DNA from: a virus
DNA: 64,000 nt
Reading direction: 5' to 3' (one strand)
IMG/VR virus record: IMGVR_UViG_3300036861_000495
Location: 3,790-67,789 of that record
The number at the start of each line of letters is the position of its first letter. The stretch's first letter is position 1. The notes below the pieces were generated by a model that searched no databases, was not told the DNA's origin, and saw nothing but the letters and a program-made list of their open reading frames with translations. This document shows positions 9,052 through 20,900 of the stretch, piece after piece. Both the position numbers and the translations under genes were made by a program.

Positions 9052-9804
9052 TCAGCTTTGGGTCTTATCGTCGCTACGTGGCGCCTGCGGATCATCCTCG
9101 CCGCGTGGCGCCTGCGGTTCATCTCCGCGGGGCGCGAAATAGATCTTGTCGTCCAGCTTGTCACCGAGGCGTGCGCCCTGCACTCGGTTCAAAGTCGCGG
9201 CAGCAGCAGTCGGCAGCGAGACACCGGCCTGCTTCAGAGCCGCCGCCACCTTCTCATTCTGTGCCAGCAAGAGCAGCGCCGCCTGGGACTGGCCGAGCCC
9301 CTGAAGGGAGCGGGCGTACATCCTCAGCTCGCAGTCACTGGACTTCCACGTCGTGCCAAACGTAATGCCGAAGCCTAAGAGCCCATTCGATCCGCTCCCG
9401 CCGCCCGACGTCGATCCCATGCAAGTCTCAGGCGCGACGGCAAGCGCCGGACCGAAAACTGCCGGCGCAGACGCGGGCGAGATGATCTCGACGGACTGCT
9501 TCGACGAGGCATCGGACGCGGTAGTGGCCGACGCCGAATTCGTGTTGGTGTTGGTGATCGCGTTGTTGGCGCTACCGCCGTATCCCTGGCCGCCCTCACC
9601 GTAGCCACCCTGGCCGCCCTGGCCGTTGCCACCCTGGCCACCGTTCCCCCCTTGACCGCCGTTTCCGCCGTTGCCGCCCTGACCGCCGTTGCCGCCCTGA
9701 CCGCCGTTGCCCTGGTTCTCGGCGAATACGACGGCGGGAGCGAGCACCATCACAAAAGCGAGAACCGCCGCAACCAACCCCACCGACGCCACTTTCCTGT
9801 TCAT
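9052..9804 (-). CDS. Secreted Gly-rich protein
   Basis: Sec signal (MNRKVASVGLVAAVLAFVMVLAPAVVFA), GGQGGN repeats, and a CMGSTSGG...SDCELR Cys pair. Confidence 0.8.
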   Translation of the reverse strand: MNRKVASVGLVAAVLAFVMVLAPAVVFAENQGNGGQGGNGGQGGNGGNGGQGGNGGQGGNGQGGQGGYGEGGQGYGGSANNAITNTNTNSASATTASDASSKQSVEIISPASAPAVFGPALAVAPETCMGSTSGGGSGSNGLLGFGITFGTTWKSSDCELRMYARSLQGLGQSQAALLLLAQNEKVAAALKQAGVSLPTAAAATLNRVQGARLGDKLDDKIYFAPRGDEPQAPRGEDDPQAPRSDDKTQS

Positions 9805-9856
9805 CCTGTCTGTCCCCCTGCTTGATTAAGAGTAAACTGCGCTGAACACAATGCGC

Positions 9857-9886
9857 ATACTACACGGAATCCACGGGTAGGCGCAA
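9857..9886 (-). promoter_or_regulatory. Candidate sigma70-type promoter for the leftward operon
   Basis: TTGCGC-N18-TAGTAT upstream of 9804, in a divergent intergenic region. Confidence 0.4.
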
Positions 9887-9939
9887 GAGTGAATGTGCGC
9901 CGTTGCGATGGTGAACCGTAATGTGGTTAAGTACCGTCC

Positions 9940-10266
9940 ATGGATGACAAGCTAGTGACCGCACAGAGACAGTCGAAGCGGAACTCGCGATTCATAAAGG
10001 ACTGGAACAAGGGTCTCGACCCGGAAGTCTTGAAGGAGAAATACAGCCTGTTCAACAGGCGCTCCGTATTCGATCTAGCGTCTCTGCTACGGCGTCTAGG
10101 CCATCCGATCCAGAAGCGGACTGTATATGTCTCCCGGCGGGCTATCTTGGCCACCATGACACAGGATAGAACTAGCGGTGTGGCGCCGGCCATCATCTTA
10201 GATGCACAAGGGAAACCAACAGGGGTGATTATGGACCCGCTGACTAGGAAGAGGAAACAGAAGTAG
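9940..10266 (+). CDS. Hypothetical basic protein, possibly DNA-binding
   Basis: Fills a gap between minus-strand operons; its stop overlaps the next GTG. Confidence 0.6.
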   Translation: MDDKLVTAQRQSKRNSRFIKDWNKGLDPEVLKEKYSLFNRRSVFDLASLLRRLGHPIQKRTVYVSRRAILATMTQDRTSGVAPAIILDAQGKPTGVIMDPLTRKRKQK

Positions 10267-10496
10267 TGGACCTCAGCCTCGCGCCGACGGATGACCTTGT
10301 AGGTGAACTCGTGCGCCGCCATGACTACGGAGTTGTCGCGATAGTGAGGGAGGGGGAGCACGGCGAGGGGACGTTTACGGTGCGTCGCCGCTGGTTCGGC
10401 AAGGAGCACGCCTGCGTCGGCGTGGCTATGGATCTCGTCCACTACATCCTCCGCGGGGTTCACGACACGAAGGAGCCCATCTCCGATGAAGACTGA
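10266..10496 (+). CDS. Hypothetical protein
   Basis: DLSLAPTDDLVGELVRRHD phage-type N-terminus; coupled to the previous gene. Confidence 0.65.
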   Translation: MDLSLAPTDDLVGELVRRHDYGVVAIVREGEHGEGTFTVRRRWFGKEHACVGVAMDLVHYILRGVHDTKEPISDED

Positions 10497-10499
10497 CGC

Positions 10500-10679
10500 C
10501 TAACCGTGTATTCCTAGCCTCCGACTAAGGCAGTAAGAGCACTCTTGCGATTTCCAGTAGTAGGTGTCAGGACCAAGCCTGAAGGCTTTGGTGATCGTCC
10601 ACCGGTGACCCAGCCACGAACAGAGTAGCCAGCCAATAAGCCGGTGCCGAAGCCTGCGCGGCCGAGCTAGGCGGCGCAT
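10500..10679 (-). CDS. Small Cys/His prophage protein (C..LGHxW...CxxC, DUF1660-like); not in ORF track
   Basis: Manual translation: MRRLARPRRLRHRLIGWLLCSWLGHRWTITKAFRLGPDTYYWKSQECSYCLSRRLGIHG. Confidence 0.55.
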   Translation of the reverse strand: MRRLARPRRLRHRLIGWLLCSWLGHRWTITKAFRLGPDTYYWKSQECSYCLSRRLGIHG

Positions 10680-10695
10680 CGTGGCATCAGGCGAC

Positions 10696-10980
10696 TTACT
10701 TCTGCGGCGGAGTACCGATACCTAGCTTCTGGGCCAGGTTGACCGCGACGTCACCGGTGAAGTAGGCGATGACGGCGATCATGACCGCCTGCTGGAGCAG
10801 GCCCGCATTCGGCGGCAATGCGATGATCGGAAAGAGAGGGTACAGCACCCCGACAGCGCCGCCGATCAGAATGTCCGCAACCGACTTCCTGCTAAACGTG
10901 ATCTGATCATTTGCCGTGACGGCTTTGAGAGAGCTACCCGCGATGCCTCCGAGGGCAAGGGCGATGCTGGTGACGTCCAT
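10696..10980 (-). CDS. Holin-like membrane protein (start revised to ATG 10980)
   Basis: GGAGG SD; 2-3 hydrophobic helices; near the endolysin. Confidence 0.6.
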   Translation of the reverse strand: MDVTSIALALGGIAGSSLKAVTANDQITFSRKSVADILIGGAVGVLYPLFPIIALPPNAGLLQQAVMIAVIAYFTGDVAVNLAQKLGIGTPPQK

Positions 10981-11146
10981 GGCGTACCTCCAGTCATTGT
11001 TGATGGAACTGCGTTCCGTGATTTCAGGATAGCGCAGATCACGCCGGTCAGGGCCAGAAATGTTGTCATGGCGGCACAGACCATCGCGATGAGCCCGGCC
11101 GTGGCCGACGTCTGTGCGGAAAAGAGCACCAGATCGCGAATCTCCA

Positions 11147-11302
11147 TCAAATCGCCTGACGCCGGCCGTCGCGCCAACCACACGGGCACACCCACAGGCG
11201 GGCCACCGGGTCGAAGTGCGCCGTGTCCCGACCGCAGTCGATACAGTGGTTCGGGTTATTCGCCGGCTTCTCGTCTTGCCTCTGGCCGCGTTCAATGATC
11301 AC
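11147..11302 (-). CDS. Small Zn-ribbon protein; not in ORF track
   Basis: MIIERGQRQDEKPANNPNHCIDCGRDTAHFDPVARLWVCPCGWRDGRRQAI; GTGA overlap with the endolysin stop. Confidence 0.55.
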   Translation of the reverse strand: MIIERGQRQDEKPANNPNHCIDCGRDTAHFDPVARLWVCPCGWRDGRRQAI

Positions 11303-11775
11303 TTCCATTCACCAGTCCTTAATTGATTGGCCAAGCGTTCCGCTCGGATGCCAACCTGTTTGTGGTAGACGCCATCGAGTAGTTCCGACGCCGCCAGTTC
11401 CCAATTGCCGGCTTCGGCCGCTAGCAGCATCTTCGGAGACTTTTTCAAGCCGGCCACGCCGACGTTGAATGCCATGTTGACAAACGCGCCCAGCCGGATC
11501 TCGCCGATGGTCCGCATCCATGGGTAGGTTGCAATCACCTCGGCCGAAGTCTCGGAGATTTGCTCATCCAGGACAAACTCTGCGGCTCGCAGGGACATCG
11601 GCCGCCGTTCCAGACACCAGCCGAACCCTACAGTCCACAGCCCGATCGGGTCCCTATACGGAGTCGGGCGGTAAGACTCATCCCGCTGAAGCTGCTCCCT
11701 AAGATTGGTCGGCGTGCTCACGGATGTAGGCACTCGCGTTGGGCGGCTGGATCTCCTCGCCATGTGCCGGAGCAT
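11299..11775 (-). CDS. Endolysin, GH24/T4-type lysozyme
   Basis: LQRDESYRPTPYRDPIGLWTVGFGW (E-x8-D-x5-T), NMAFNVG and QVGIRAERLA motifs. Confidence 0.9.
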   Translation of the reverse strand: MLRHMARRSSRPTRVPTSVSTPTNLREQLQRDESYRPTPYRDPIGLWTVGFGWCLERRPMSLRAAEFVLDEQISETSAEVIATYPWMRTIGEIRLGAFVNMAFNVGVAGLKKSPKMLLAAEAGNWELAASELLDGVYHKQVGIRAERLANQLRTGEWK

Positions 11776-11945
11776 ATCAGACGGAGGATGGATTGGGTAG
11801 TCTCATCATGCTTTCTGATGGCTGTCGTGATCGGACTAGCCAGAACCCCGTCGAAGGCGCCCATCATCCACAGGAGGAAGAATGTTGGCACCCCGATCGA
11901 GACGATGATCTTAACCCACCACGGCTCAGGAGAGGGCATCATCAT
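11718..11945 (-). CDS. Small single-TM protein, holin-like
   Basis: ATGA overlap with the giant gene stop; WWVKIIVSIGVPTFFLLWMM hydrophobic helix; directly before the endolysin. Confidence 0.55.
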   Translation of the reverse strand: MMMPSPEPWWVKIIVSIGVPTFFLLWMMGAFDGVLASPITTAIRKHDETTQSILRLICSGTWRGDPAAQRECLHP

Positions 11946-14900
11946 TTCCTCATTTTCTCTATCAGCCGTTGGGCCTGCGGATGCATGCTCGGCCAGGCAC
12001 TGTTGAACCACCGGTCCGCTTTAATGATCGCCCTCTGCTCCCTAGCCTCGCGCTCTATAGGCCCGGCGGCCAAGTACTTCTGGTCACGCCTTAAATCGTT
12101 CAGGGCTTGCTGGCGATTCATCCCCATAGCCTCGGACCGGATGCGCACCCTTTCACCCAGTTCGGCCTCCTTAACCTTGACAGGTTCTGGGTATATCTGC
12201 CCCAGGCCCAGGCCGAAACGTGACCGCAAGAGGTTCTCCGGCTCATGCTTGCCTGCTTCCTCCGCCAGGAGTCGCGCCTCACGCGCCGGACGATATGCCG
12301 TCTCGACGGCGTGCCGAACCTGGCGCCAAAACTCATCGTCCGTCCCCCTGAGATGCCGCGGCACTATCGGAGCGCCGGTCAGTAGGCTCTGACCCGTAGT
12401 CGCCTCCACAGGTCCTTTGATGAGCGGCGTGAGTAAGCTGATACCTTTCCTAGGAATCGCCGTGAGGCTGTCGTGTAGCTGCTTCTTGATGACGTCTGAC
12501 AAGTACATTTCCACCGGCTTGACGTGCCCTTCGACGATATGCGCAGTTTTGCGGCCACTCAGGAAGTCTGCGAAGTTGTGCATAGTGTTGCCGAATCCGA
12601 TGGCCGCCAGCCAATCTATGAACGGGTCACCGGGAAGGTAGAGTACGTGCATCCTTCCGTCGCTGTGGAAGAAACTGGTATTGAAATGGAACGACTGACG
12701 CTTCCACGGAGGCAGGGCCCACTCGACGTGGCGCTTCTCGTCGTCCGAGTTGTTCCACGCCTCGGCCATCAACCGGAGACCAAGATATGCCAGAGGCGCA
12801 ACAGCGAGGCGGGACATAAACCGTGTCCAGGCGGCGGCATTGCCGCGCGGCCACGAGTAAAACGGCATCAGGAAGCCCCGGAACAGGCGCTTCTCGTCCG
12901 GTGTCAGCTTATTGGCGTCCACCAGGGATTCCCGGGCCACCTTCGCTGCACCGCGCTCCATATGTTCCATCTCTCGCAGGTCAACTGCGCCATCTCGCAC
13001 GGGTAGACCGCGGGCTAATCTACCCATTTGGTAGCGCATCATGCCGGCCCGCAGCCCAGCCTCTCTTGCTCTTGGCAATTTATACATATAGCGCTCGTAT
13101 CCGATAGTGCCACCCACGACTCCGCCCGCGATTCCACCCACAGTTCCACCTCGCGCGAATCCAAATCCGGCTCCTGCGGCGACCCCCTTGGCCCGATCTA
13201 GTGCCATCTCCAGCATGATCGCCGCGTACGATCGGAATGCGTTGATCTGCGGCGCTTGAGGCCCGCCACTGATCTGGGAGCCGACCATGCCGGACTCCAG
13301 GACGTCGTACTTGGACATGATGTCGACCAATGCGTTAGGCGTGCCGCGGCTCCAATCCACTATGTCCTTGATCGCTAATATATTGGCCCAGGCCAATCGA
13401 AACACTTCGCCGCGCTTGATCTCCGACAGGTCGGTGGATAGCTCGATAGCCAACCGACCCATATTCGCCGCGTCTCCTACCAAGTTGGTGACGTGACCGC
13501 CCTGACCCCAGTATCCAATCGTCATCCGCTTCCACGGACCCTGCGAGTTCTGGAGAAGCGACAACAGATCCGACTGCATAGCCGGGGCGAAGTTCTCGAA
13601 CCGGGCCGCCAGGGGCTGCGGAATCAGATACCTGCGGTAGTACTGGCCCAACACGCTGATCCTCTTCGCGTCCCCAGGGCTGGCCAGGAAAGACTCGCCC
13701 GATGCTATAGCGCGCTCCAGAGCTCCGTCGATGATGGCATCGGTTCTGTAGATGGTCCGGCCGGGGGTGTACTGGAAGACCTGGTACAGAACAGTGCCTG
13801 GGGCCATCCCGTATTGCTCCATGTTGACCACATCGCCAGGTTCCAGGCCGTCGCGTACCTCCTTCGGAAGGAGTTTTAACTTATCACGCCTATCCAGGAT
13901 ACCCTTCGCGAAGTCATCCACAGAATTCGTGAACCGCACCTCATAGCGGTGCCGGAACATGGCTTGGATGTAGTCGGTTGTGATCCCTTTCGATGATCCC
14001 TCCGCCCGCTGGAGATAGTGCCGAAACGGGTTCCTGATTCTCTTGCCGGCGCCAGGAAGCGGGATCGTTGCCTTCCCACCCTCGACATGTCCGCCCACCT
14101 CTAGCTCCGTTCTCTGTTCGACGAAGTGCGGAAAGTAGTCAGGCAGATCCGTGTCCGGGTCAAGCTGCTCGCGCTGGTACAGATCCTGCTTTTCGCCACT
14201 CTGTAAACGCTGGTGAGCGTCGAGGGCGTTCTGTACCGTTGCCATCTGCTGACCAGTGTCAATCTCCGCCAGCCGTGCCTCTACCTCTGGCAACGTGAGA
14301 CCAAATGGCACACCGTTGGGATACCGCTCTGGACGTAGCAGGATCTGCTTGTAGTTGCGTAGCAGAATGATCTCGGTGAAGTGGTCTAGGTCTGCTATGT
14401 TTTCAGCGTGGCTCCTGTTCTTTAGCCCCATGAACTCCACAACACCGCGCACATCCTTTTCCGCCAGTTCGCGTGCATGACGCTTCGCGGCCTCGAAGAC
14501 TCTGAACTCATCCTGCTCGATAGGCATGCCGCGCAGATCCCACTCGAAGACGGTCGCACGCCGGAACTTCTGCCAGGTCGCGGAGCCCTGGACGGTAGCA
14601 ATTGGGTGCGTCACCGCTCCAGTAACCGACTCGACCACGCCCTTGATTCTGTCGCTCAGGATCTGGCCCAGACTGCCCACCGCCCTGACGTTGTACCGTC
14701 CGGTCGCTGCGCGCATTCGCTCTTCTGGACTCATTCCCTCCGGGCCAGTCGGCGGAGCAGTTGGAGGAGGCGTAGGCGGCGTACCGGCACCGCCGCCGGT
14801 CACGATCTTGGCTCCAGATGGCTTCAGGCCGCCAGTAACCTGCATACCGCCAGGGACGAAGCCCCCGCCGGTTACCTCCTTGACTTGAGCCTCAGCCTCT

Positions 14901-17900
14901 CGCTGCTGTTGCAGGAGCCTCTGGTTCTCCTTCGTCGCATCGTTGGCAGCATCGCCGCCGCCCTCAAGAGGATCTGGCTGTCGACTCTTCTTCGACGTCG
15001 GCTTACCGCCAGGACCAGCAGGAGGATCATTCGGCGGCGTGGTATCAGTATCGGTTGCCTCGGCATCTGGGTCCTCGGCGTCCGGGTCCTTGATCTCGAC
15101 GTCGGGATCGGTGTCGGCGGCCTGATGATCGGTCTTGTTCAGGTCGAGTTGGTCGATGATCTGCTGCTGGCGCTCGATGGTCGCGGCCAGCTCACGCTCC
15201 TTATCGAATGGCTTGCCTGCTTCTTTCTTCAGGTCTGTCAGGCGCTTTTCGTATTCAGAGACCCTGCCTCGCGATGCCGCCTCTTGGCCTTCCAGGCCGG
15301 ACAACACGTTTTCGAGCACCCGTGTTGTGAAGTTGTGCGCATAGTGTTTGTTTTCGCCCAGCACCAGGTAGGTGGTGATGGAGCCGCGCGAATCTGTCTC
15401 AATCCGGACACGGAACCCTAACAGGCTGCCGACGTCGTTAGAAAACCCCGCATTGATGCGGTCTGACTCATTAGCTTGCTTCGTGGCCAGCTTGGAGAGC
15501 GCGGTGTCGGCCTGGTCGCGGGCACCCTTACCTCCAAAAAACTCCCCCTGCAACATCATCGAGAAACCCTCGCCGCTGGCATCCCTCTCAGCTTTGGCCT
15601 TCTTGTAGATATCGAAGTCGTATGCCAGTCGCTTGGCGTTTCTCTGCTCCGCCTCGATCTTGCCGGGAGCGTACCTGATCTCCTGACCAATGTGCATCTG
15701 CTGATTCTCGTGGGCGGCTCGCAGCCTAGACAAGCGGGCCACTTCGGTATCGACCTTGATCTTTTCCATCATGATCGGGTTTCCGGTCGCCAGAGCCTTG
15801 ATCTCAGCGTGTGTCGCCACCGCCGCTTCGATATCTTCCATGGTCCACTGTGAGGTCCCGCCGGCCATACCCTGAGCGATGAAACGGGCCTTACCCTCGT
15901 TAACTTGTCGCATATAGGCGTCCAGCGAGCCCTCGGTGACGTAGTGAAGGATGTCCACCGTCGGATTCGTGTTGCCCTGGCGCAGAATGCGACCGTCACG
16001 CTGGTAGCCATCTCGCGGGCGCCAGCCGATGTCGAGGTTGTGCGAGGCGATGAGGCGCTTTTGGATATTCGTGCCCGCCCCCATCTTCTCCGTAGACCCG
16101 ATAAGGACACGCACCCGGCCGGAGTTCATGCTATCGAATAGGCGCTGCTTGTCCTCTGGACCGGCCGCGCTCTGGATGAACTTGATCTCCTTCTCCGGGA
16201 TACCCTTCGCGACCAGTTTACTTTTCAGATCATCGTAAGCGTTGAATAGATGGCGCCGAACGTCGCCCTTCTTATACTTCTTCGGCACCGACAAGTCTAG
16301 AAATACAACCTGAGTCAACCGCTTATCCGCGCCCTCCCTGTACTGGCTGTATATCCGCTCGGCCGCATACCGCAACTTGCTCTGCGCCGGTTCACCGGCT
16401 AGGTTTTGAACCAGTCTCATGTCCAGGGCGGCCTTCTTGCCGTCGCTAGTCACCTTCAGCATGTTGTCGTCTTTGGGATCAGGTCGGGTAACACGGATTC
16501 GCTGGCCCTTCGAGTCGTATCCGATGCCTTTGATGGCGTCCGACCTGCGGTCCAGGTCTTTCACGTATGCCTTCAAGGCCAGCGAGCCTGGGACAACCAC
16601 CACTGTCTCCTTGCCACCTTTCAGCTTAGGCCGCTCTAGTTTCAACTCAGCCGCCGTCCTGACGTCGGAGAATGACCGGAACATCTTGATCAGGGCCGGC
16701 CAGTTCGTGAACCTTGCGAACCGAGTCGCCTGACGGATACCGGAGCCTGTGATGTTCACTTCCCATGCCGTGATCGTATCGCCGAACGTGCGGGCCCAAG
16801 CATCGAAGTGCTCAACACCATGCTGGCGTAGCAAGTCCGGCCGTAGGAACCGCTTCATCGTATACATCTCGGCTATGGTGTTCGAGATCGGCGTGGCGGT
16901 CGCGAAAGTGAGCCCACGCTTGCCACCGTTCCGGTCCGATGTGTACCGAGCCTTGATGAACATATCGAAGGCGCGATTACTCTCGCTCTTCGGCAGCCCG
17001 GATATATTCCCCATCTTCGTGGTGAAGTATAGATTTTTGAAGGCATCCGCCTCATCCACGAAGAGTTGATCAATGCCCAGCTCCTCGAATGTGAGGGCGG
17101 TATCCTTGTCCTCCCGGTTGGCTCGCGAGCGCAGCTTCGACTCCAGGTTCTTCTTGGCCTTCGCTAACTGCTTGACAATGCCTGGACCGGCCTGCTTGCC
17201 TCTGCCTCTCCTGCCTCCTCCGCCAGCAGCCTTGGCCTCGGCGTGGGCTTGCAGGATGGCCGCCTCCAGATCGTCGATTTCCTTCTGGAGGAACTTGTTG
17301 AACGTCTCATCGGACACCGGAAGAGACTCGAACTGGGTATAGGTCATGATGACCGAGTCCCAGTCGTTGGTCGCCACGCGCGCCATGAACCTTTGCCGCT
17401 TACCAGCGCTCAGATCCTCCTCGGTAGCCAGGAGCACGTTCGAGCCGGGGTAGAGAGCCGAAAATGAGTCCGCCGTCTGTGGAGCTAGATGGTTAGGGAC
17501 TACGAATACCGGCTTTTTAGCGAGCCCCAGTCGGCGCATTTCCATGGCTGCTGCGATCATGCTGTAGGTCTTCCCGCCTCCTACGTCATGCGCCAGTAGA
17601 GTATTTCCGGTCAATAGTTGCCGTGCTATGGCTTCCTTCTGGTGAGGATCGAAGTCCCCGAGCCTCAGAATCGACTTGTTCGCCCCAGGCGCGGTGATGT
17701 GCTCGCCCTTCACGGTGCGCAACACGTCGGTGTTGTGCCGTTCGTTGAAGATCCGGCTATGCAAATCGGCCCGGTCGGCGTCTTTCCAGAGCCACGGCGA
17801 GAACCGGGCTTTGATGTCCTCCATCTTCTCGCGTGCCGCCAATGTGGCGTCCTGATTGAGAGACCGCCTCTGATTACCCTCGGCGTCGAAGAATCGAGGA

Positions 17901-20900
17901 TAGATTGCCGTCTCCATAACCGCCTGTTGAGCCCTAGTGGCCTTCAGATACTCCTCGCTCTGTTGCAGGTCGTTTAGGGCCTGATGGAGGGTATCGTAGA
18001 CAGTAATGGTACGCCCATTAAGCGCCGCCTCGATCAGATCCGACGCCCACACTCTAGACGTGCCGTAAGTAGTCGTGTTGCTCACGCGATCCTGGACACT
18101 TTTGTCCAGGTCGAGGTTCCACGTGGCTATCGGTTCGGCGTACTGTAACTTGACAGAGTATGGGTAGACTTCCAGCAGTTCAGCTATGAAATCGCGCACG
18201 GTCTCCGCTGGAACCCATGGCGAGCCGAGTCGCACACCGATGTTGCCTGGCTCCACATCTGGTGGCATCACCGATTTAAGAGCCTCTACGTTTCGCCGGA
18301 ACGCCGGATCATTCGCTGCCGCCATCTCGGCTTTAGCTAGTTTCTCGCGCACATTACCGGATAGGTACTCGTCCTGAGGCTTCCAGGCATTGCCGTCCGG
18401 GTCCATGTAGACCTCAGGCCCTAATTCAGTCTGTAGGTCCTGCGGACTGCGCCCGGTCAGTTCCTCCATGCGCAACCAGTCCAGCCGCCCCATCTCGTTC
18501 ATAGATACAGCCAGCGCTTCCGTAGCTGTCTCGACGTGCGCCACCGGCTTGTAGGCTCCCAGACCGGGCAGGTCCATCGTGAAGATGTCTGCCTTGTCTG
18601 CCACATTGGTGACTTCGTCATACTTCTCCAGGCCGGCTAGCAGCGGAGCGTCCGGATCATCGGCAAAGACATGCCGATTCGGTTTGCTGTTCAGGGCCCC
18701 TTTCTGGGCTACAAAGGCGTCGTACACCTTGTTAAGAGCGTCTCTGGCTGCCTGCCGCTCTGCTGCTGGCGCATCGGTGATCTGCGAGCGGATAACGGTC
18801 CGCGCCGCGTCCCTAATACCGATCATGCCGCGCACTCGGGAGGCGGCCTCCGGCTGCATCGTGACCGGCTCGAAGTAGGACCCTTGGCGCGACACCAGTT
18901 GACCGTCGTGGATCGTGAACGCCCCATCCTTGATGTGTTCGGGTGCTAACTGGTCCTCACGCTTCGTGGGCTGTACTTCTCCGACTGGCTGCCACGTCGA
19001 GATGCTGTTAGCCGGTAGCCGACGCAGAGCGTCTTCGAGTTGCGCCTGGGTCGGCGGCGGGCCTTCCAGGGTAGGCTCTCCGCTTCGGTACATCGACCCC
19101 TGGAGTGTCATTTCGCCCAGCATCATTTCGGGGTGCTTCACGAAGTATTCGTTGACGTATATCTTCTTGTGCTCTGGCTCATCGGGATTGAGCGGCTTGA
19201 CGTTTAGCCACGATTCCCCGGCGGCTGCCTGCCCCGGCGCACGCTTCTGAAGGAAGATGATGTCAGTGGTGACCTCGGTGCCGGCGTTGCCCTTGAAGGC
19301 AGTATTCGGCAGCCGGACGGCGCCGAGCAGATCCGCCCTTTCAGATAGGTATGCGCGCACATCATTGGCCCGCTTATCGAACGTGCCCTTAGAAGAGATG
19401 AAGGCGATCACGCCTCCAGGCCGCACGGTATCCACTGCCTTGGCGAAGAAGTAGTCATGGATGTGGCTCAGGATCAGCGGATTCCTTCTGTACTTCGGAT
19501 CGTGGATGGCCCCGCCGAACGGCACGTTAGAGAACGCGACGTCGTAGAAGTTGTCCGGCAGGCGCACAGTCTCGAAGCCAGCCACGTGAATGGCTGCTTC
19601 CGGGTAAAGCAACTTACCGATGCGGCCCGTAATCGGATCGAGTTCTACGCCAGTCAGGCGGGTGCCTACCAGTGAATCCGGCATCAGGCCGAAGAAGTGG
19701 CCGATACCCATGGACGGCTCCAGTCCGCGCCCACCGGATCGCATACCTAGATGCTCCAGGGCCGTCCACATGGCCTTAACCACCGTCGGCGAGGTGTAGT
19801 GAGCGTTCTGAGTCGAGATGCTGGCCGCCTCGTACTCATCTCTTGTCAGCAGGCCGCGCAACTCCGCCTGCACAGCCCGCCACATCTTGGAGTTAGCGTA
19901 ATCGTTCCAGGGATTGAAGGCGTTCGACAGGCCGCCCCAGCCAACGTACCTGACCAGTTTCTCCTGTTCGGCAGGTGTCGCGACACGACCCGCGGTCTCG
20001 ATCTCTTTCAGGATGCGGATAGCGTCGATGTTGCCGCGTATCCTTTCCCTGGGGGTGCCGGTACCAATGTCGGCTGCGACGGCGTCTGTGATACGGAAGT
20101 TTCGTCCGGCTGGGTGGGAGGCTGTTCCGGGCTGACCGGAGTCTGGCTTTGGGGCTGGGACGGTGGGCTTGGGCGCTTCTGCCTCGGCGCCGGTGCGTCC
20201 GGCAGGTAGATGTACTCCCGGCTCGCCTCCTGCCACGCCTGGGAGTACGGAAGCCCCTTCTTCAGTCCCTGGTCCAACATGTCCAGGGCGTTCTGGGAGG
20301 CGTTCGCCGCCGCCTCGTCCAGGTAATTCCCCTTCAGGAGTGCCTTGTACAGGTTCGGACGGTTTTCCTTCCAGTGGCTTTTCACCCTCTGCGCTAACTG
20401 GTCCAGGTTTGGCGGTTGCTGTGGCTCCAGTGGGACCACCCCCCTCAGCCGGTTTACCGGCTACTTCTCGTTCGATCATATCGCTTAACCGACGTCTCAG
20501 ATCCACGAGTCGCGGTGGCGCATTCTCCATCTGGGCGATCAGGTTACGTACCTGTTCTATACGGATGGGCGTCATGTTGGCGCCGAGCATGGCCCAGCCA
20601 ATGCGCTCGATCTCGTCCCAGTGAGGCTTGTTCTCTGCCGGCTGTGTCTTGGCTGCGTTCTTGTACTCGATACCAACTATACGACCGTCGTCGATCCCCT
20701 GATACCATTCCCCGCGCAGGTTTGCGCCAGACTCACTACGGAAACCGCCGGTCACCTTCTGGAAGATACCGTTGCCAGTGCCTGAAGGCGCCCACGCTTC
20801 TGTCTTGCCGTTCTTGTACTTCACAATGAACCGGTCCGCAGTCCCGGCGTTGTTCATTAGCGCCGGAACCGGGATCGTAACCTCGGCAACAGGCGGTATC

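Noticed and set aside
17880-18000. Insertion in the DarB-like region as an intein
   Set aside because: It is only about 40 aa, with no C/S start or HN-C/S/T end motifs.
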